A model generated the notes under the pieces. The model did not search any database and was not told the origin of the DNA. It was given only the letters and a program-made list of their open reading frames with translations. This document shows, one piece after another, positions 43,126-58,567 of a stretch of 64,000 nt of DNA. The translations under genes and the position numbers were made by a program. Every line of letters begins with the position of its first letter. Position 1 is the stretch's first letter. Source of the stretch: Octopus vulgaris (taxonomy: Eukaryota); contig OX597833.1 of assembly GCA_951406725.2 (NCBI GenBank), positions 64,852,001-64,916,000 of the forward strand. Direction: 5' to 3'.

Positions 43126-43384
43126 ATTGGATTGTTGCATAATTATTGCGGCTTTTTTTTTTTGCAACAAATTTTATTCAACAAAAACAATAAAGATATT
43201 TAATAAAAACATCTTTAAATGACGGTCTGACCGTCTGCCAAGTAAATGGGAAGCAGTAATTGAAGTAGATGGTGAATATGCTGCGTAATAATCATTTAAA
43301 GATGTTTTTCTTACATGTTGTTATTGTTTTTGCTGAATAAAATTTGTTGAAAAAAGCCGCAATAATTATGCACCAGACCAATAT
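43126..43384 (+). mobile_element. Mariner-derived MITE
   Basis: TIRs of about 95 bp (attgg..tgcataattattgcggc / gccgcaataattatgca..ccaata); core GLTVC/RLPSKWEAVIEVDGEYAA* resembles a mariner C-terminus. Confidence 0.8.
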
Positions 43385-44044
43385 ACTCTCTTGATCTTGT
43401 AATCACACAAATTGTTCTGCGTGTTCGGTCATTTTATGTAACTCCGGTCAGTTTTATTTCGGACAATGGATGAGAAAGCAAAGTTGCTAAAAACGCCCTT
43501 GCAACCTGAGTATCACGAAGATTGGAACTTTTTTTTTCATTCTTTAGTTTTGTATCCTTTCCGTGAATAAAAGTGTAATTTCACAGCTATGGTGAGCCGT
43601 TCCAGCTGTCGTCGTTGTTATGGTAATAGTCGTTTCACCCGATGACAGAATTTACCAATTCTTATACGCTGATTGGTGTATAGAATCAAACATCATTGTT
43701 GGCAATATTCCAAACTTTCGAACTATCTCGATCTACAAAATTTTTTGAAACATCATTTATACCTAAATGCACAAATTCGAATCCGTGCACGTACACATGG
43801 ACATACACACGCACACACACACATCTGATGTACACACAGGGACACATACGCATGAATACACATAGGTATACAAGTGTGTGTGTGTGTCTGTGTGTGTCTG
43901 CAGTGCGTCGTTTCTTCGACTCAAATGTAATTACTATAAAAAAGTTTTCGCACCATCAGCCTACCAAATACTTTATTGTGAAACTATGAGATAAAGAACC
44001 GGAGGGCAGACATACACACACTAAAACAAGCACTCACACACGTG

Positions 44045-44075
<31 letters not shown>

Positions 44076-44182
44076 ATTCACACATACGTATATACATATA
44101 CATATAAAAATATGTGTATGAGCGTGTGAGATATTTGTACGTATACGTAAATATGTTTATATGTTCACATGTATATGTATGA

Positions 44183-44231
<49 letters not shown>

Positions 44232-44335
44232 TATACAGATATATGTATATATATGTATGTATATACATATATATATATATGTATATATATGTATATATAT
44301 ATACATATATATATATGTATATGCATATATACATA

Positions 44336-44366
<31 letters not shown>

Positions 44367-44376
44367 GTGTATATGC

Positions 44377-44417
<41 letters not shown>

Positions 44418-44455
44418 GTATATATAGATATGTATATATATACACATATATATAT

Positions 44456-44564
<109 letters not shown>

Positions 44565-45014
44565 AATATTAACACTCATACAGGAAAGCAGGCGTTCGGA
44601 TCGGATGAGTTGAGTGCTTGTGATTGGGCATATTCAATTCCTGCGTACTGGGAATTATATTTGATTAGATCTAGATATGCGCAACACTGCGTATGTTCCG
44701 TCTCTAGCACTTGAGGCGCAATATATCGTGTTAAAAAGCACAAATAGGTTTTGTTGCAAAGCAATCTCACTTCTTTGATCGAATGCACTCAGCGAACTTA
44801 CACGGCTACGTCACACAAATGCACTTTATTGTTATGGCTTAAATAATTTAAGCAGATTCGGGGTGGGGGAATGTCAACTAAATCTGGTGATTTATTTATG
44901 CTATATGCGAAAAAATACGGATTTAGATATCTATATATACGTATATGCATATCGCCACTAAACACACACTCTGTCTGTCATACACACCCTCGTACACATA
45001 CATATGTATACATA

Positions 45015-45065
<51 letters not shown>

Positions 45066-45112
45066 CATTTTATCTAGTTTCAGCTCATGAGCTGTGGCCA
45101 TGCTGGGGCACC

Positions 45113-45446
<334 letters not shown>

Positions 45447-46561
45447 CTACAAAATATGCTCTTATTCACTACGTCATAGGCTTCGACACGCAGTGACTGC
45501 ATCATCATACATCTGCCTGGCACTAGACATACAATCCAGACAAACAGCACCACAGTACCAGATAGCCTTAAGCTGGCTTAGCTGAGTTCAAGACCAACAC
45601 TTTTCTAGGTCTTTAAAAATGAATCTATAATTCGATGAGAGTTCGATCTCACGACGTATTCAAGCTCTGCTTCTCAGTGTTGCACCACATTAGTTGTGTG
45701 ATTTTTATTCCTCCTCTCTTCCATCTCGGAAGACGAGCGTCACGGAAGTCCTACCGGCTTCTATAGACGATGCCGTTAAGAGGTCCTGCCAAGCTCATAA
45801 ATGCTGCTGTATTTTCTCTCAACTGATTAAGAGAGATTCTTCAAAATATCTTTGATAAATATTGACATCAAAATCACTCTACGTTTTGTAAGAGGAGTGT
45901 TTAGAAATTATGAAATATCACTAGGACTTTGACATTAGTATTCACTTTCTCCAGCTGTTTCGTATTTCTATTCTAAACATCTATTAGCTACAGTGGAACA
46001 ATGCGTTGGAAGATATTGTATGTCGTTTTGTGAAGTAAATAGATTGGAATATCATTTCAAAAATATCGCTAACAATGAATAAGCGATAACAGCAATCAAA
46101 TACATTCACAAACACACGTACATTCATTAATGATTTATCGCTGCAAATGCACAGAATGAATTCACATCTCACGCGATTATGGATTTACAGTATATGCCTA
46201 CTGCATAACTTTATATATTTCAATGTGTGCAGTGTTTGATTTCAGTGTGAATAGATGTACATATCATTAGTTATGGTGGTGTCGTTGAGAAATTTTCATC
46301 ACATCCATGTTGTTCGGGGTTCGATTCCGGTACTCAGACTAGTTGGTAATCGATTCCTTTCATATGTAGAAGCCTATCGGAATATACGTATCTACTGTTG
46401 AGTAGGAAACAAACCTGTGGTCTGGTTTAACACTGATATTTGGTTCTTCGACATTGTTGGAGGATATAAGCATCCGAGCTAAAGACAAGAAGCTCTTTGG
46501 AAGCTATCATGTTAGAAGTAGCAACCAAATATCACAGACGACAACATATTATATATATATA

Positions 46562-46763
46562 TTCAAAATGTTACCACGTGTGTACCGTTGGCGATTTTTT
46601 TCCTCCGTCTTCCTTTCTTTGGATCTTTCCTTTTCATATGGTTCTGACGAAGAGTTCCGCTCGAAACGTTAAATCCTCCTTCTTTCCTGAGCGTTCAATA
46701 ATACTATTCTTGTTCCACGTCCTCGCGTTGTTGTGTTTTCCCTCTGTGTTTTCAGGTTTGGAT

Positions 46764-46768
<5 letters not shown>
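46562..46768 (+). mobile_element. Short HHR-bearing repeat, family H2
   Basis: Motif at 46640-46674: GGUU-CUGACGA-A-GAGU(UCC)GCUC-GAAAC-GUU-AAAU. Confidence 0.82.
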
Positions 46769-46794
<26 letters not shown>

Positions 46795-47019
46795 CAGGTA
46801 ATTACAATTGGTATATTTAGTATATTCACATGCAGAACACTTTTGCTCATAACCCTTTTCAATCAAGGCAATCCGAGGGTTGAGAGACAACAACAATTTA
46901 GGCCAGGTTCTGCTCTTTTACCTCCTCGTGGATCTGACGGGAATCAAATACAATATCCATTGTTCCTCGACCTCGACGGAAACGGAATTTTGATTGAGTG
47001 GTACCTGGTGTCCTTCAGC

Positions 47020-47350
47020 GAGATTCTGGTGAGTATTTGACCAGCAATGGACTGATATTCCACGATCTTTAGCAAAGCAATGCTTGTTCCATTTTTGCTG
47101 GTATAGATGACCTATGAAAGCATCTTTGTAGTCCTCTCCGACTACACCTTGGTTCCATATATTACTGAAAATCTTGGTACGTTTTTAGCCAGGCGGGTTG
47201 AGCCGTACTTATAAACAACACGTGGTATACGGTCAAAACCTGCTGACTTGCCGTTGGACAGCTGCCTCATGGCTTTCATGACATCTGACAAGGATTCCAG
47301 CAAATCAAATTGATTCAATTCTCTTGGCCTAACATCAGCTTGACAATGAC
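47020..47350 (-). pseudogene. RTE-clade RT N-terminal fragment
   Basis: LSDVMKAMRQLSNGKSAGFDRIPRVVYKYGSTRL..SIAGQILTRI. Confidence 0.75.
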
Positions 47351-47379
47351 TGACATCTTGCACACTTCAGCACCACGGT

Positions 47380-48040
47380 ACATAAAACAGTATCCTATAG
47401 TTAAGATAGAATATGCGCCTCTAAACTTTGTGCCAAAAGTCTGCTGCGTTGAGAAGTATCGTGACATCTGGACAAAAATATCACTCAGGAATTTTCTAAA
47501 CCAAGCCGAACTTTAAGTAGACTTCAGCACAGAATGAAGAGATCATATTATCTGCTTAGTTACAAAGAAGATTACCGCATAGTAACGTTCACATGTTTCC
47601 TATATTGCTGAAAAACACGGACGCCTTATTGGCGTCATATCAAACGGCTGGATCCCTCCTATATTCGTTTCCTTCTTCCTGTTTACATCATCACGTGGCA
47701 AGACAAGGCCCCAGTACGGTGTAAACTTGAAACATGCAACTTTCTGGGTATAGAGAATACCCTTAACAAAGCAAGACTGAGTCAGGTTGGCCATGTGGTT
47801 CGTATGGATCAGTATTGTTTACTTAGGTAATTTTATGATCACCAAAGCTGACTACTGTCAATTATAAAGACCCTTCAGAGACCTGCATAAAAGTCTGTAA
47901 TATAAATCTATACGACAGGAATGGGTAGCACTGAATAGGGCTCAGTTGATAAACTCGTTCTACTAAGCAAACTTCGAATTTGTGGCAGGCAGGACCAACT
48001 TTGTGAGATACAAAAAAGCACAGCATAGAGCTAGATCAAA
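47380..48040 (+). pseudogene. RTE-clade ORF2 C-terminal fragment
   Basis: YWRHIKRL..ITWQDK..GIENTLNKARLSQVGHVVRMD. Confidence 0.7.
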
Positions 48041-48089
48041 TCAACACGTCGGTGAACGTGACCACATACACACCCGTACACACGCATAT

Positions 48090-48155
<66 letters not shown>

Positions 48156-48226
48156 TGCGTGAAATTTGATTTAGTATTTCTAAATTGATTTTTTTCCTTG
48201 TAAGTTTGGATTTATATTCCCTCAAA

Positions 48227-48283
<57 letters not shown>

Positions 48284-49039
48284 CTAGATAGATACATATG
48301 TATGTAGGTACGTATAAGTGCGTGTGTCTCTCTCTCTCTATATATAAGACTTTCTAATCTCAGAAACGCAATTTTTACCTATGCATCTGGAGAAAACATT
48401 TTCCAGGAATAAAATCATAATACGACATAATCATAATAAAACAAAAGCTACACGTTTCTCAAAAAAAATCCATATTTCTCAAGAAATTGTCTCTGTGTGA
48501 TTAGAGATTTGCTACTCTGCGTCTGAATAATTCCGTTATACGTTTCATGTGAATTATTTTATTCGTATGTTTTTACGTGTATTAATCCCATTTATTAATT
48601 AATTCAATTATTTATTTATTAACACATTTACTCCTCACATATTTATTCATTTATTTAATTATGCATCCATTTACTCTTTTGTTAATTTCTTCTAATTTTC
48701 TTTCCTTTCCTGATTACCATAGCAACGCTCATTCCTTACAGCCGAAGAGAATGGTGAAGTGAATCACATCTCGCATGCATAAGTATAGTATATTAATCAT
48801 ATATGTGTGTGTGTGTGTATGTGTGTTATATGTGTATGTATATACACATATATATATATATATATATATATACAGACACACATACACACACATATCTATA
48901 TACACATAAATGTATACTTATTTATATATATATATATATATGTTTATATACATACACACATATACACCCATATATATATATATATGTTTAGATAGATATT
49001 TGATATATATTCATCTATGTATATATATTTATATACACA

Positions 49040-49079
<40 letters not shown>

Positions 49080-49208
49080 CCACATATACGCAGACTTACA
49101 CATACATACGTGTGTGTGAATGTGTGTGTGTGTGTGTGTGTATTTGTCTGTCTGTGTGTAAAACATGTGCAAATAGAAAGAGAAAATGACATTCACATTC
49201 CATTTCTT

Positions 49209-49240
<32 letters not shown>

Positions 49241-49804
49241 CTACCTCCCCCGTCTCTCTCTCAGTCTCTCTCTCTCTCTCCCTCTCTCTCTCTCTCTCTG
49301 TATATCTCTCTTTCTCTGTCTCTCTCGCACACACACTCTCACTCTCATCAAATCTTCACCGCTACTTTCCTAATTAGTAATATTTCTGGTTACATCTAGG
49401 AGAAAACTCTATCAAAGAGCTCTTGTTTAGCTAATGATTTTAAGTACGCATCAATATAAGTCTTTGATTAGATTCTCATGCACAAGAAGCAAAACATTTC
49501 TCCCGATTCAATGCAATTGTCTCGGCCATTATCGGTATGAATGGCGGACGTTTTAATCGCCAGCGAGAAACATGTGACTGCTTATGATAGAAGTGTTTCA
49601 TCGAATATTACTTTACAAATGGTTTTATATTAAGAAATATGGACATGTGGATAATTGTCTGCGGAATTGGATTAAGCTTGTCGAATGAATGCTGCAGTAG
49701 CACATACAGAAAGTAATTTGTGAATATGTAGACTTATATATATATAAATACGTAGATACATACATACATATGTATGTGTGTGTGCGCGCGTATGTCTCTA
49801 GATG

Positions 49805-49841
<37 letters not shown>

Positions 49842-49844
<3 letters not shown>

Positions 49845-50050
49845 TAATCCAAACAAGAAAGCACAAAAAAAACCCACAACAACGCGAGGACGTGGAACTG
49901 ATATAGTATTATTGGACGCTCAGGAAAGAAGGAAAGAAGGAAGGTTTAACGTTTCGAGCGGAGCTCTTCGTCGGAAACATAGGAGAAGGAAAGATCCAGA
50001 GAAGGGAAGACAGAGGAAAAAAATCGCCAACGGTACACACGCGGTCACAT
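49842..50050 (-). mobile_element. Short HHR-bearing repeat, family H2
   Basis: Motif at 49944-49978: GUUU-CCGACGA-A-GAGC(UCC)GCUC-GAAAC-GUU-AAAC (U4C). Confidence 0.83.
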
Positions 50051-50133
<83 letters not shown>

Positions 50134-50294
50134 TACATATATACATATATAGATAGATAGATAGATATACACATGCATATATATACATACATACACACAC
50201 ATATATATATATATATATCTATAGATATTATATCTGTATATAATATATATATGCATATTTCTATCTATAATGACTGTATGTGTATATCCATGTG

Positions 50295-50563
50295 ATGAGG
50301 CCCCCTGTGATCATGAATGACCATGCGATTGCATCTAGCAACGTTACCCTCCGAGGCACAAGTCCGGGCAAGGTTGTTCTTATGGAAGAACAGCAGTCGC
50401 TCATGGATACCAGCCCCTCCTCTCCACACCACCGATGCTTAGCAGCATGATGTCGCAACTCATGATGTCGCAACTGTGTTTGAACACAGAACCATGTTGT
50501 CAAGATCGCCACACACAGCCAGGTCCGGGAATCGAACTCAAAACCACTGAACCATGCGCCTTC
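50295..50563 (-). mobile_element. Another tRNA-headed SINE, decayed
   Basis: The minus strand begins gaaggcgcatggttcagtggt..gagttcgattcccggacc (A/B boxes). Confidence 0.6.
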
Positions 50564-51088
50564 CTATATACATGTCCCCGCTAACATCACTTGACAAAAC
50601 ATGCTGGTGTGTTTACGTCCCCATAACTTATTGTTATGGCAGTAGTACATAACCAGTGCAAAATCCAATAACACACAAGGAAATATAAATTGGTGCGGAT
50701 GTGAAAAAAATGGTCCCAATATTATTAAATTCGAACCAAATTTGAAATTAAAAAGAAATAACGATGGAAGGAAGATATTTGGAGAGGTTATTGTAATATG
50801 AAGAAAGTAAAAAGAAAGAATGTTACAAAACAACGTTATAACGATATATACACCCACGAGTGTGTATATGTGTGCTGTGTTTGTGTTCGTGGGTGTGTAT
50901 GGTAAGTTACCTGCATTATCTTTATGTGTGAGAGTGTGTGGTAGTGTGTATTCAAAAATATTTGTTAAGTAATATATAAAGCAAACCGCTATAATAGGAA
51001 AATGGAATCCCCCTTTGGAGATATCTAATTTGTATGTATATGCTTACGTATATATGTATATGTGTATGTATATGTGTGTTTGCATATG

Positions 51089-51136
<48 letters not shown>

Positions 51137-51187
51137 ATATAATTAATATTAATATTAGGGAAGTTATTTCCAAGTCCACAAGGGAGA

Positions 51188-51249
<62 letters not shown>

Positions 51250-51839
51250 ATATACACACAGAGTGCGATGGGTAAATTGTGACGATTTTTCAATTTTTAC
51301 TTTCGCTCATATGCATTGTTTGTTTTTGGTTTTCTCGACTACATGATATAGCAGGGCTCGTACAGCACGGTCTGTGAGAAATACAGCAACATGATGCAAT
51401 TCTGCCAGAAATTTGGAAGCGTCATGCAAAACAGAACACCTTGTTTCGTCAAGACGTCATCAGAATTTTTCGGTTCGGCTTTCAAAGGAATTAGCATAGT
51501 GGAAGGAGTGGTGCTCATCGCCTTAAGGGATTTGTAAGAGAATGTATTGTTAAAGTTAAAAATAAATAAATAAATGATTATGTTTAATGAAGCTTCTCGG
51601 AGAATGGAGTAAAACAGATGACCAAGGGTTTGTACCCTTAATGGTGAAGGCGATACTGGATTCGTCTAGATTGCTTGAGTGACCCTACCCAGGGTTTTCC
51701 AGTGCTGTCACATATGTGTATTCTGTGTATATTTTATAAATCGTCGTCGTTGTCGTCGTCGTCGCTGTCCTCCTCCTCCTCCTCCTCCTCCTCCTCATCA
51801 TCATCATCATTATCCTCATATGCAAATTGCGGTGAATAT

Positions 51840-51990
51840 ATTGTCTAAATTACGCAAAAATTAAAACAACACTGACATCTCATTTTAACACATGTATTTA
51901 CCAATATCACATAAAAATATCTTGAAGTACAAAAGAGTAAATTTTATTCAATTAAATCGCAATTGGCTTCAATCACGGCTTCAAAACGAC
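51840..51990 (-). mobile_element. 3' end of a maT-like transposon
   Basis: Matches 31790-31873 plus 32203-32245 (..EAVIEANCDLIE*). Confidence 0.7.
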
Positions 51991-52097
51991 TTTTTTCTTT
52001 TCTTTTGTTCATGTGTGATGGTGGTACTGGGCGGGGTTCTCACTAACGTTTCTACTGATCGTATGACCGAATTGTTTGAGAGAAGTAAACATAAACA

Positions 52098-52256
52098 GGC
52101 GCAGGAGTGGCTGTGTGGTAAGTAGCTTGCTAACCAACCACATGGTTCCGGGTTCAGTCCCACTGCGTGGCATCTTGGGCAAGTGTCTTCTGCTATAGCC
52201 CCGGGCCGACCAATGCCTTGTGAGTGGATTTGGTAGACGGAAACTGAAAGAAGCCT

Positions 52257-52300
<44 letters not shown>

Positions 52301-52516
52301 TTGTGTGTCTGTGTTTGTCCCCCTAGCATTGCTTGACAACTGATGCTGGTGTGTTTATGTCCCCGTCACTTAGCGGTTCGGCAAAAAGAGACCGATTGAA
52401 TAAGTACTGGGCTTACAAAGAATAAGTCCCGGGGTCGAGTTGCTCGACTAAAGGCGGTGCTCCAGCATGGCCGCAGTCAAATGACTGAAACAAGTAAAAG
52501 AGTAAAAGAGAGTAAA
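52098..52516 (+). mobile_element. SINE family B, full length
   Basis: Complete head to tail. Confidence 0.92.
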
Positions 52517-52907
52517 TATGGTTAAATTCAACCTGACAGGTCTTCAACTATTGTGCTTCCTCGATCGAGGCCAGCAGCTGCGTCAAGGTGGACTACGGTA
52601 AAATGTGTCTTACCAACGATGATCTCAAATGCAAACTGTTAGGACAGGTGTCTGCGCATCAAGAACTGGAGCATGCCGAGCCAGCCTACAAAAGGTTTGC
52701 TGTCATCGGATGTAACACTTAACCAATACAACGCATCACTCCTGGAGGAAAAACAATGGAGTAAAGGCTTCTATGTGAACAAATTGGAACGAGTTTTGGA
52801 CAGTCAAACGGAAATTCATGTCAGAGATGATATACGCATTCTCCCGAAATTTTAAGAAGAATTTAAAACCGGAAACGGAGGCAACGACAATATTGATGAT
52901 GATGATG

Positions 52908-52940
<33 letters not shown>

Positions 52941-52943
52941 GTA

Positions 52944-52980
<37 letters not shown>

Positions 52981-53085
52981 CGATGACGACGATGATGACG
53001 ATGATAAATATGATGATGCCACCATTACTTGCCAGGCTCAGCAGTTTCCCATACACTGAATTATAAAATGCAAGGATGAGAGACG

Positions 53086-53142
<57 letters not shown>

Positions 53143-53148
53143 TAGATA

Positions 53149-53209
<61 letters not shown>

Positions 53210-53213
53210 AGAC

Positions 53214-53263
<50 letters not shown>

Positions 53264-53616
53264 ATGAATAAAAATCGGTTGATTACGATGAAGATGATAA
53301 AGTGATGCTGATAACGATGATAATGATGATGCATTTGATGAAAGTGATAATGATGATGATGATGATAATCATGACGATCATGATAATGGTGGTGGTGGTG
53401 GTGGTGATGGTGGTGATGGTGATGCTGCTGCTAATGGTGATGATATACCTGGAAGAAACGAAGAAGTTCGTATTGTTATTTAATGTTAACCTACTGCAAA
53501 ACTACGGTTTGACAAACATAAATTCATATATACACAGGTGTATATAGGAATACACAGATATGCGTTAGTCCCCCCCCCCTCCGTTTCTCTCTCTCTCTCT
53601 CTCTCTCGCTGCATAT

Positions 53617-53655
<39 letters not shown>

Positions 53656-53746
53656 TGCTTGTATGATATATATAAATTTATGTATGTATATATATATGTA
53701 TGTTCATTTGTATACGTATGCATATATGTATATGTATATATGTATG

Positions 53747-53835
<89 letters not shown>

Positions 53836-53841
53836 GTATGC

Positions 53842-53881
<40 letters not shown>

Positions 53882-54612
53882 GCGAGCAGGCGTGTGTGTC
53901 TGTGTTTGCGTGTGTATGTGTATATGTAGTTCTATAGATGTATTCATATGTGTACGGTAAGTAAGTTTGAAAACATTCAATGCGCGTGTCTTATGTGTGC
54001 ATGCGCAAACAAACGGATGTACATACGCGCCTACTTGCCGGAGGAAGTTAGTCGAGTAGAGCATGCGCTTATATATACATATATGTTTATTATATATACA
54101 TATATACATACAGACGTATATACACATGTGCATATATACATGTGTGTGTATGAGTATTTCTTTATGTGTGCGAGTATACATACGTACATATATAATTACA
54201 CGCCCACCAACACACATACACAAATACACCACATATTTTGGCTAAAAACTAATTTTGTTAGGTAGCTGCTTTAATACGTATAGACATTAGTAAATTAAGC
54301 AAACACCCCGTGCAGTATTAATTAACTAGATATTACCCCGGGTAGAAGGAAGAATATTTAAGCTTAACGTATGTTATTACGTTTATTTTATCTATTATAT
54401 TAGATTTGTTCTTACATTATATTGTTTTTTCTTTTGCGTTAAATATTTATTTTAAAAAGATTTACTGTATTTCGCCATGTATACACCCTGCTAATTAGCA
54501 ACGCGATATTTTGTTTGCACAACAGTAAAAAGACACATGATATACACAAGTGCACACACTGCACAGTTCGTAATGTACATATATGCACACCGACACATAC
54601 ATACATACATAT

Positions 54613-54684
<72 letters not shown>

Positions 54685-54957
54685 ATATAGATCTATCTAT
54701 GTATATTTAGAACACATATTTGTGTACATGCATAGTTATATACACAAGACAGACACGCACACATACATCCACAAACACACACAAACACATATATATATAT
54801 ATATATACATTCACGCTATGAGATTTACTCACGCATATACATATGCATATATGCATACATATGCATCAGCATACACATTGATTTTACCGCATAAATACAT
54901 ATATACCTGTATAGAATAAACGAGAGAGTAACCAAAAGAATTAACATGAATCTGTGT

Positions 54958-55001
<44 letters not shown>

Positions 55002-56309
55002 TGGTGCCTGTGCGTTGTGACATATGTGTGCGACTGTTTTCTCCAATGTGCACATCATGTACATGTATGTATGACTGTATATATATATATATAAATACAT
55101 TAATATACAAATGTATATACACACATACACACACATATATCATTACAATACAATATCTTCCAGCGAAATAAAGCATCGCAAAGTTAGAATTATAGATAGG
55201 AAATAGAGGCATAAAAAGGTACGGATTTTTGCTGGAAGGTCAGTCGATAACCGTTCGACGCTAGGTAAAGCTTCATCGAATGTAGAGAGGTAAGCCTTTC
55301 CACTGAGCTCGGTTCTTTTTATGGCTGTGGTTATTGCCCGAATATACAGACATTGATGTAGGGGATATTTTAATGTTAGTCTCTTTGGTAGACCTACCTC
55401 ACGAGAACCAGTCAGTTTTACGATAACAAACGTATCCTAAAATGTTCGAAACTCGAGCACGAGGTTGTCCATTTCTCTGGCCTTCTTCTGAGAGAGTAGA
55501 CGAATGTTTTTCTTTTATGTTCGTCGCCCGCACACATCTTTACCTCTATAAATTCTGTGAAGCTTTACCTGACGTCGAAAGGTTATCAACTGCTTTTGTA
55601 CCTTGTCGTGTCACTATTTCCTATTGACATATACAAATATTGTATATACTCACATATCTATTACATGAAATCCGTTATGATAAAATCCTACCTTCTGATT
55701 GCGATCAAATTTGATATGTAGATACCGACGGTATCAGGGCGAGAATAAGTCTTGAAAAAATTACAAAAATCGATTCCAGATGAGAATGCGATCGATAAAG
55801 CCATGGGAACGTGCATTTGATCGCGCTAGTACATCAGCTGTTGCGTTGGATACTACACATACGGTGTCTGAAATTTAGGTTAAATCAGTGTTTCTCAAAG
55901 GGGAGGCCTATGGGACGGTCGGATACGTTGTTTTGAGAAAATTTGGTTTAAATGTTTGACAACTCAGCATTGTCCATTGGACGAGGGGCGTTTTGCTCGT
56001 ATATATATAAAACACACAGTGTAGTTTTCCTACCTATCATCAACCTTCTAACACCCAATAAAAATTCTTCTATTCAAGCAATTTCTCACCAATTATATTT
56101 CGTTTGCAGATTATCTTAAAATATTTAAATCTTGATAAATGAAGGTGGCATAATTTTCCTTTCTCCGGTAATATATAATCTTAATGAAGCCAAAATCATC
56201 TTATTCGACTTCTTTGAAATCTGGTAAATTTGTTCCCTGCAACATTAACTCTAATTCGTTCTGTGAGGTTTTGGCATCTCGTAAAATATTATACATATAT
56301 ATATGTATT

Positions 56310-56357
<48 letters not shown>

Positions 56358-56411
56358 TGTATGTATATATGTAAATATCTCTATATATATATGTATATAT
56401 ATTTGTTATAT

Positions 56412-56620
56412 TCTTTTATTCTTTTACTTCTTTCAGTCATTTGACTGCGACCATGCTAGAGCTGCCCCTTTAGTCGAACAAATCATCCCCAGGACTTATT
56501 CTTTGTAAGCTTACTGCTTATTTATAGGTTTCTTTTGCCGAACCGCTAAGTTACGGAGACGTAGACACACCAACATAGTTTGCCATTCGATAGTGGGCGG
56601 AAAAACACTAACACATAAAT
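56412..56620 (-). mobile_element. SINE family B, 3' half
   Basis: Tail and body similarity. Confidence 0.75.
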
Positions 56621-56659
56621 ACATACATACATACATACATATATGTATATGTTTTTGTA

Positions 56660-56900
56660 ACGTTACCCATTCATATAGGGAGTTGTTTAGGGAGATGTAT
56701 TCAGGATTTAGGAGTCTTGTCTGTTGGCTCTTGAAAATCTTTGTCCAGGTTTCCTTTGAAATTGATGGAGGCATTTTTCTTCGTGGATTTGTAGTGAGAT
56801 GATATTAAATAGAACAGTGCATGTTCAGGAAAACAAATTACGTTGCCCTGAACTTAAGTGTTGTGAGCCTGAATTGTGTACAGGGCGCATGGCATGTGGA
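56660..56900 (-). pseudogene. Possible L2/Crack-group LINE ORF2 C-terminus
   Basis: ..NFKGNLDKDF..NNSLYEW-like frameshifted motifs. Confidence 0.4.
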
Positions 56901-56996
56901 CTCAACCTTCGATGAAAAGAGAGAGAGAGAGAGAGCGACAAAGAGAGATATTGAGACAGAGAGAGAGATAGAAAGAATGTGGTGTCTCCAAACATA

Positions 56997-57380
56997 CGTG
57001 GCATTCCACCTGCTGTGATGACGAGGGTTCCAGTTTATGCGATCAATGTAACAACCTGCTCGTGAAATTAACGTGTAAGTGGCTGAGCACTCCACAGACA
57101 CGTGTAGCCTTAACGTAGTTCTCGGGGAAATTCAGCGTGACACAGAGTGTGACAAGTTTGGCCCTTTGAAATACAGGCACAAACAGAAGCAGGGAGAAAG
57201 ATTGAGAGAAAGTCGTGGTGAAAGAGTACAGCAGGGTTCATCACTACCCGCTGCCGAAGCCTCGTGGAGATTTAGGTGTTTTTGCTCAGTTAACACTCAC
57301 AACGCCCGGTCTAGGAATCGAAACTACGATCTTACGACCGCGAATCCACTGCCCTAAACACCGGGCCATTGCACCTCCAG
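56997..57380 (-). mobile_element. SINE family A, full length
   Basis: Perfect 11-bp TSD ctccaaacata at 56986-56996 and 57381-57391. Confidence 0.92.
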
Positions 57381-57940
57381 CTCCAAACATAAAGCCTACA
57401 TAGCGGGCTCGGACAAAATTGGGTACCACTAAATACAATCAGGCCCGTGTATTAGTGTTAAACCGGACGAAGACTAGAGGCAAGATAAGAAAGAATTAAT
57501 TTAATTTTTTTATAATATAAAATGTATTTTATATTAGCAAAATATCATTATATTTTCTGTATGATCGTGTTTCTAAAATAATGAAACAATAATATCATAT
57601 CGTTGATCTTAGTAATATATTTATATAATACGGTTTTTATTAGCAGCAGTAAACCTTTTGTTGGAGGTGCTGAGCATGAATATACACGTTGTAGATAAAT
57701 AATATTATCAGCTTTAGGAAAAAGAAAAACTGATTCAATCAGCGTATTGAATTGAATAATGCAAATTACATTTACTTCAACTGCTAACGCAAAAACTGCT
57801 GCTAGTAACGAATATGGAAATATGTATAAATAGGAACGCAAGTATATATAGATAGATATGTGTGTGTGTGTGTGTGTGTATGATTGTATGTATAGGGGCT
57901 GTGCGTACGCATGTGTGGTGTCGTCTTTGCATATAATATA

Positions 57941-57972
<32 letters not shown>

Positions 57973-58297
57973 CATACGCATACATATATATATGCACATA
58001 CATATACATATATGTATACGTGTGGTGTGTGTGAGCGTGTGCATATACATAAAAATATACATACATATATATATATATATACATATAAGAGAGAGGCATA
58101 GATAATAATGATAATAATAATAATAATAGTGACAGTAGTAGTGGTAGTACTAGTAGTAGTAGTAGTACTAGCAGCAGCAGCCGCAGCAGCGCCCGCGGTG
58201 GTAGTGGTAGGAACGGTAATAAAAGTAATTCTAATAAGAGTACATTTTATTAGTGCATATAGAAATATATATATATACTTATATATATATATATTTA

Positions 58298-58343
58298 TGA
58301 ACCACCATTTGTCGTTAGCGACAAGAGAATCCGTCATGTATAT

Positions 58344-58420
<77 letters not shown>

Positions 58421-58506
58421 TATATACATATACATATATATATATATATATACGTATATATATACATATATATATATGTATATATATATGTATATATATA
58501 TGTATA

Positions 58507-58567
<61 letters not shown>

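Noticed and set aside
51428-51470. Minus-strand CUGAUGA-CGUCUUGAC-GAAAC hammerhead candidate
   Set aside because: The core motifs are present, but stem I does not pair, the stem II loop is only 2 nt, and it is a single copy.
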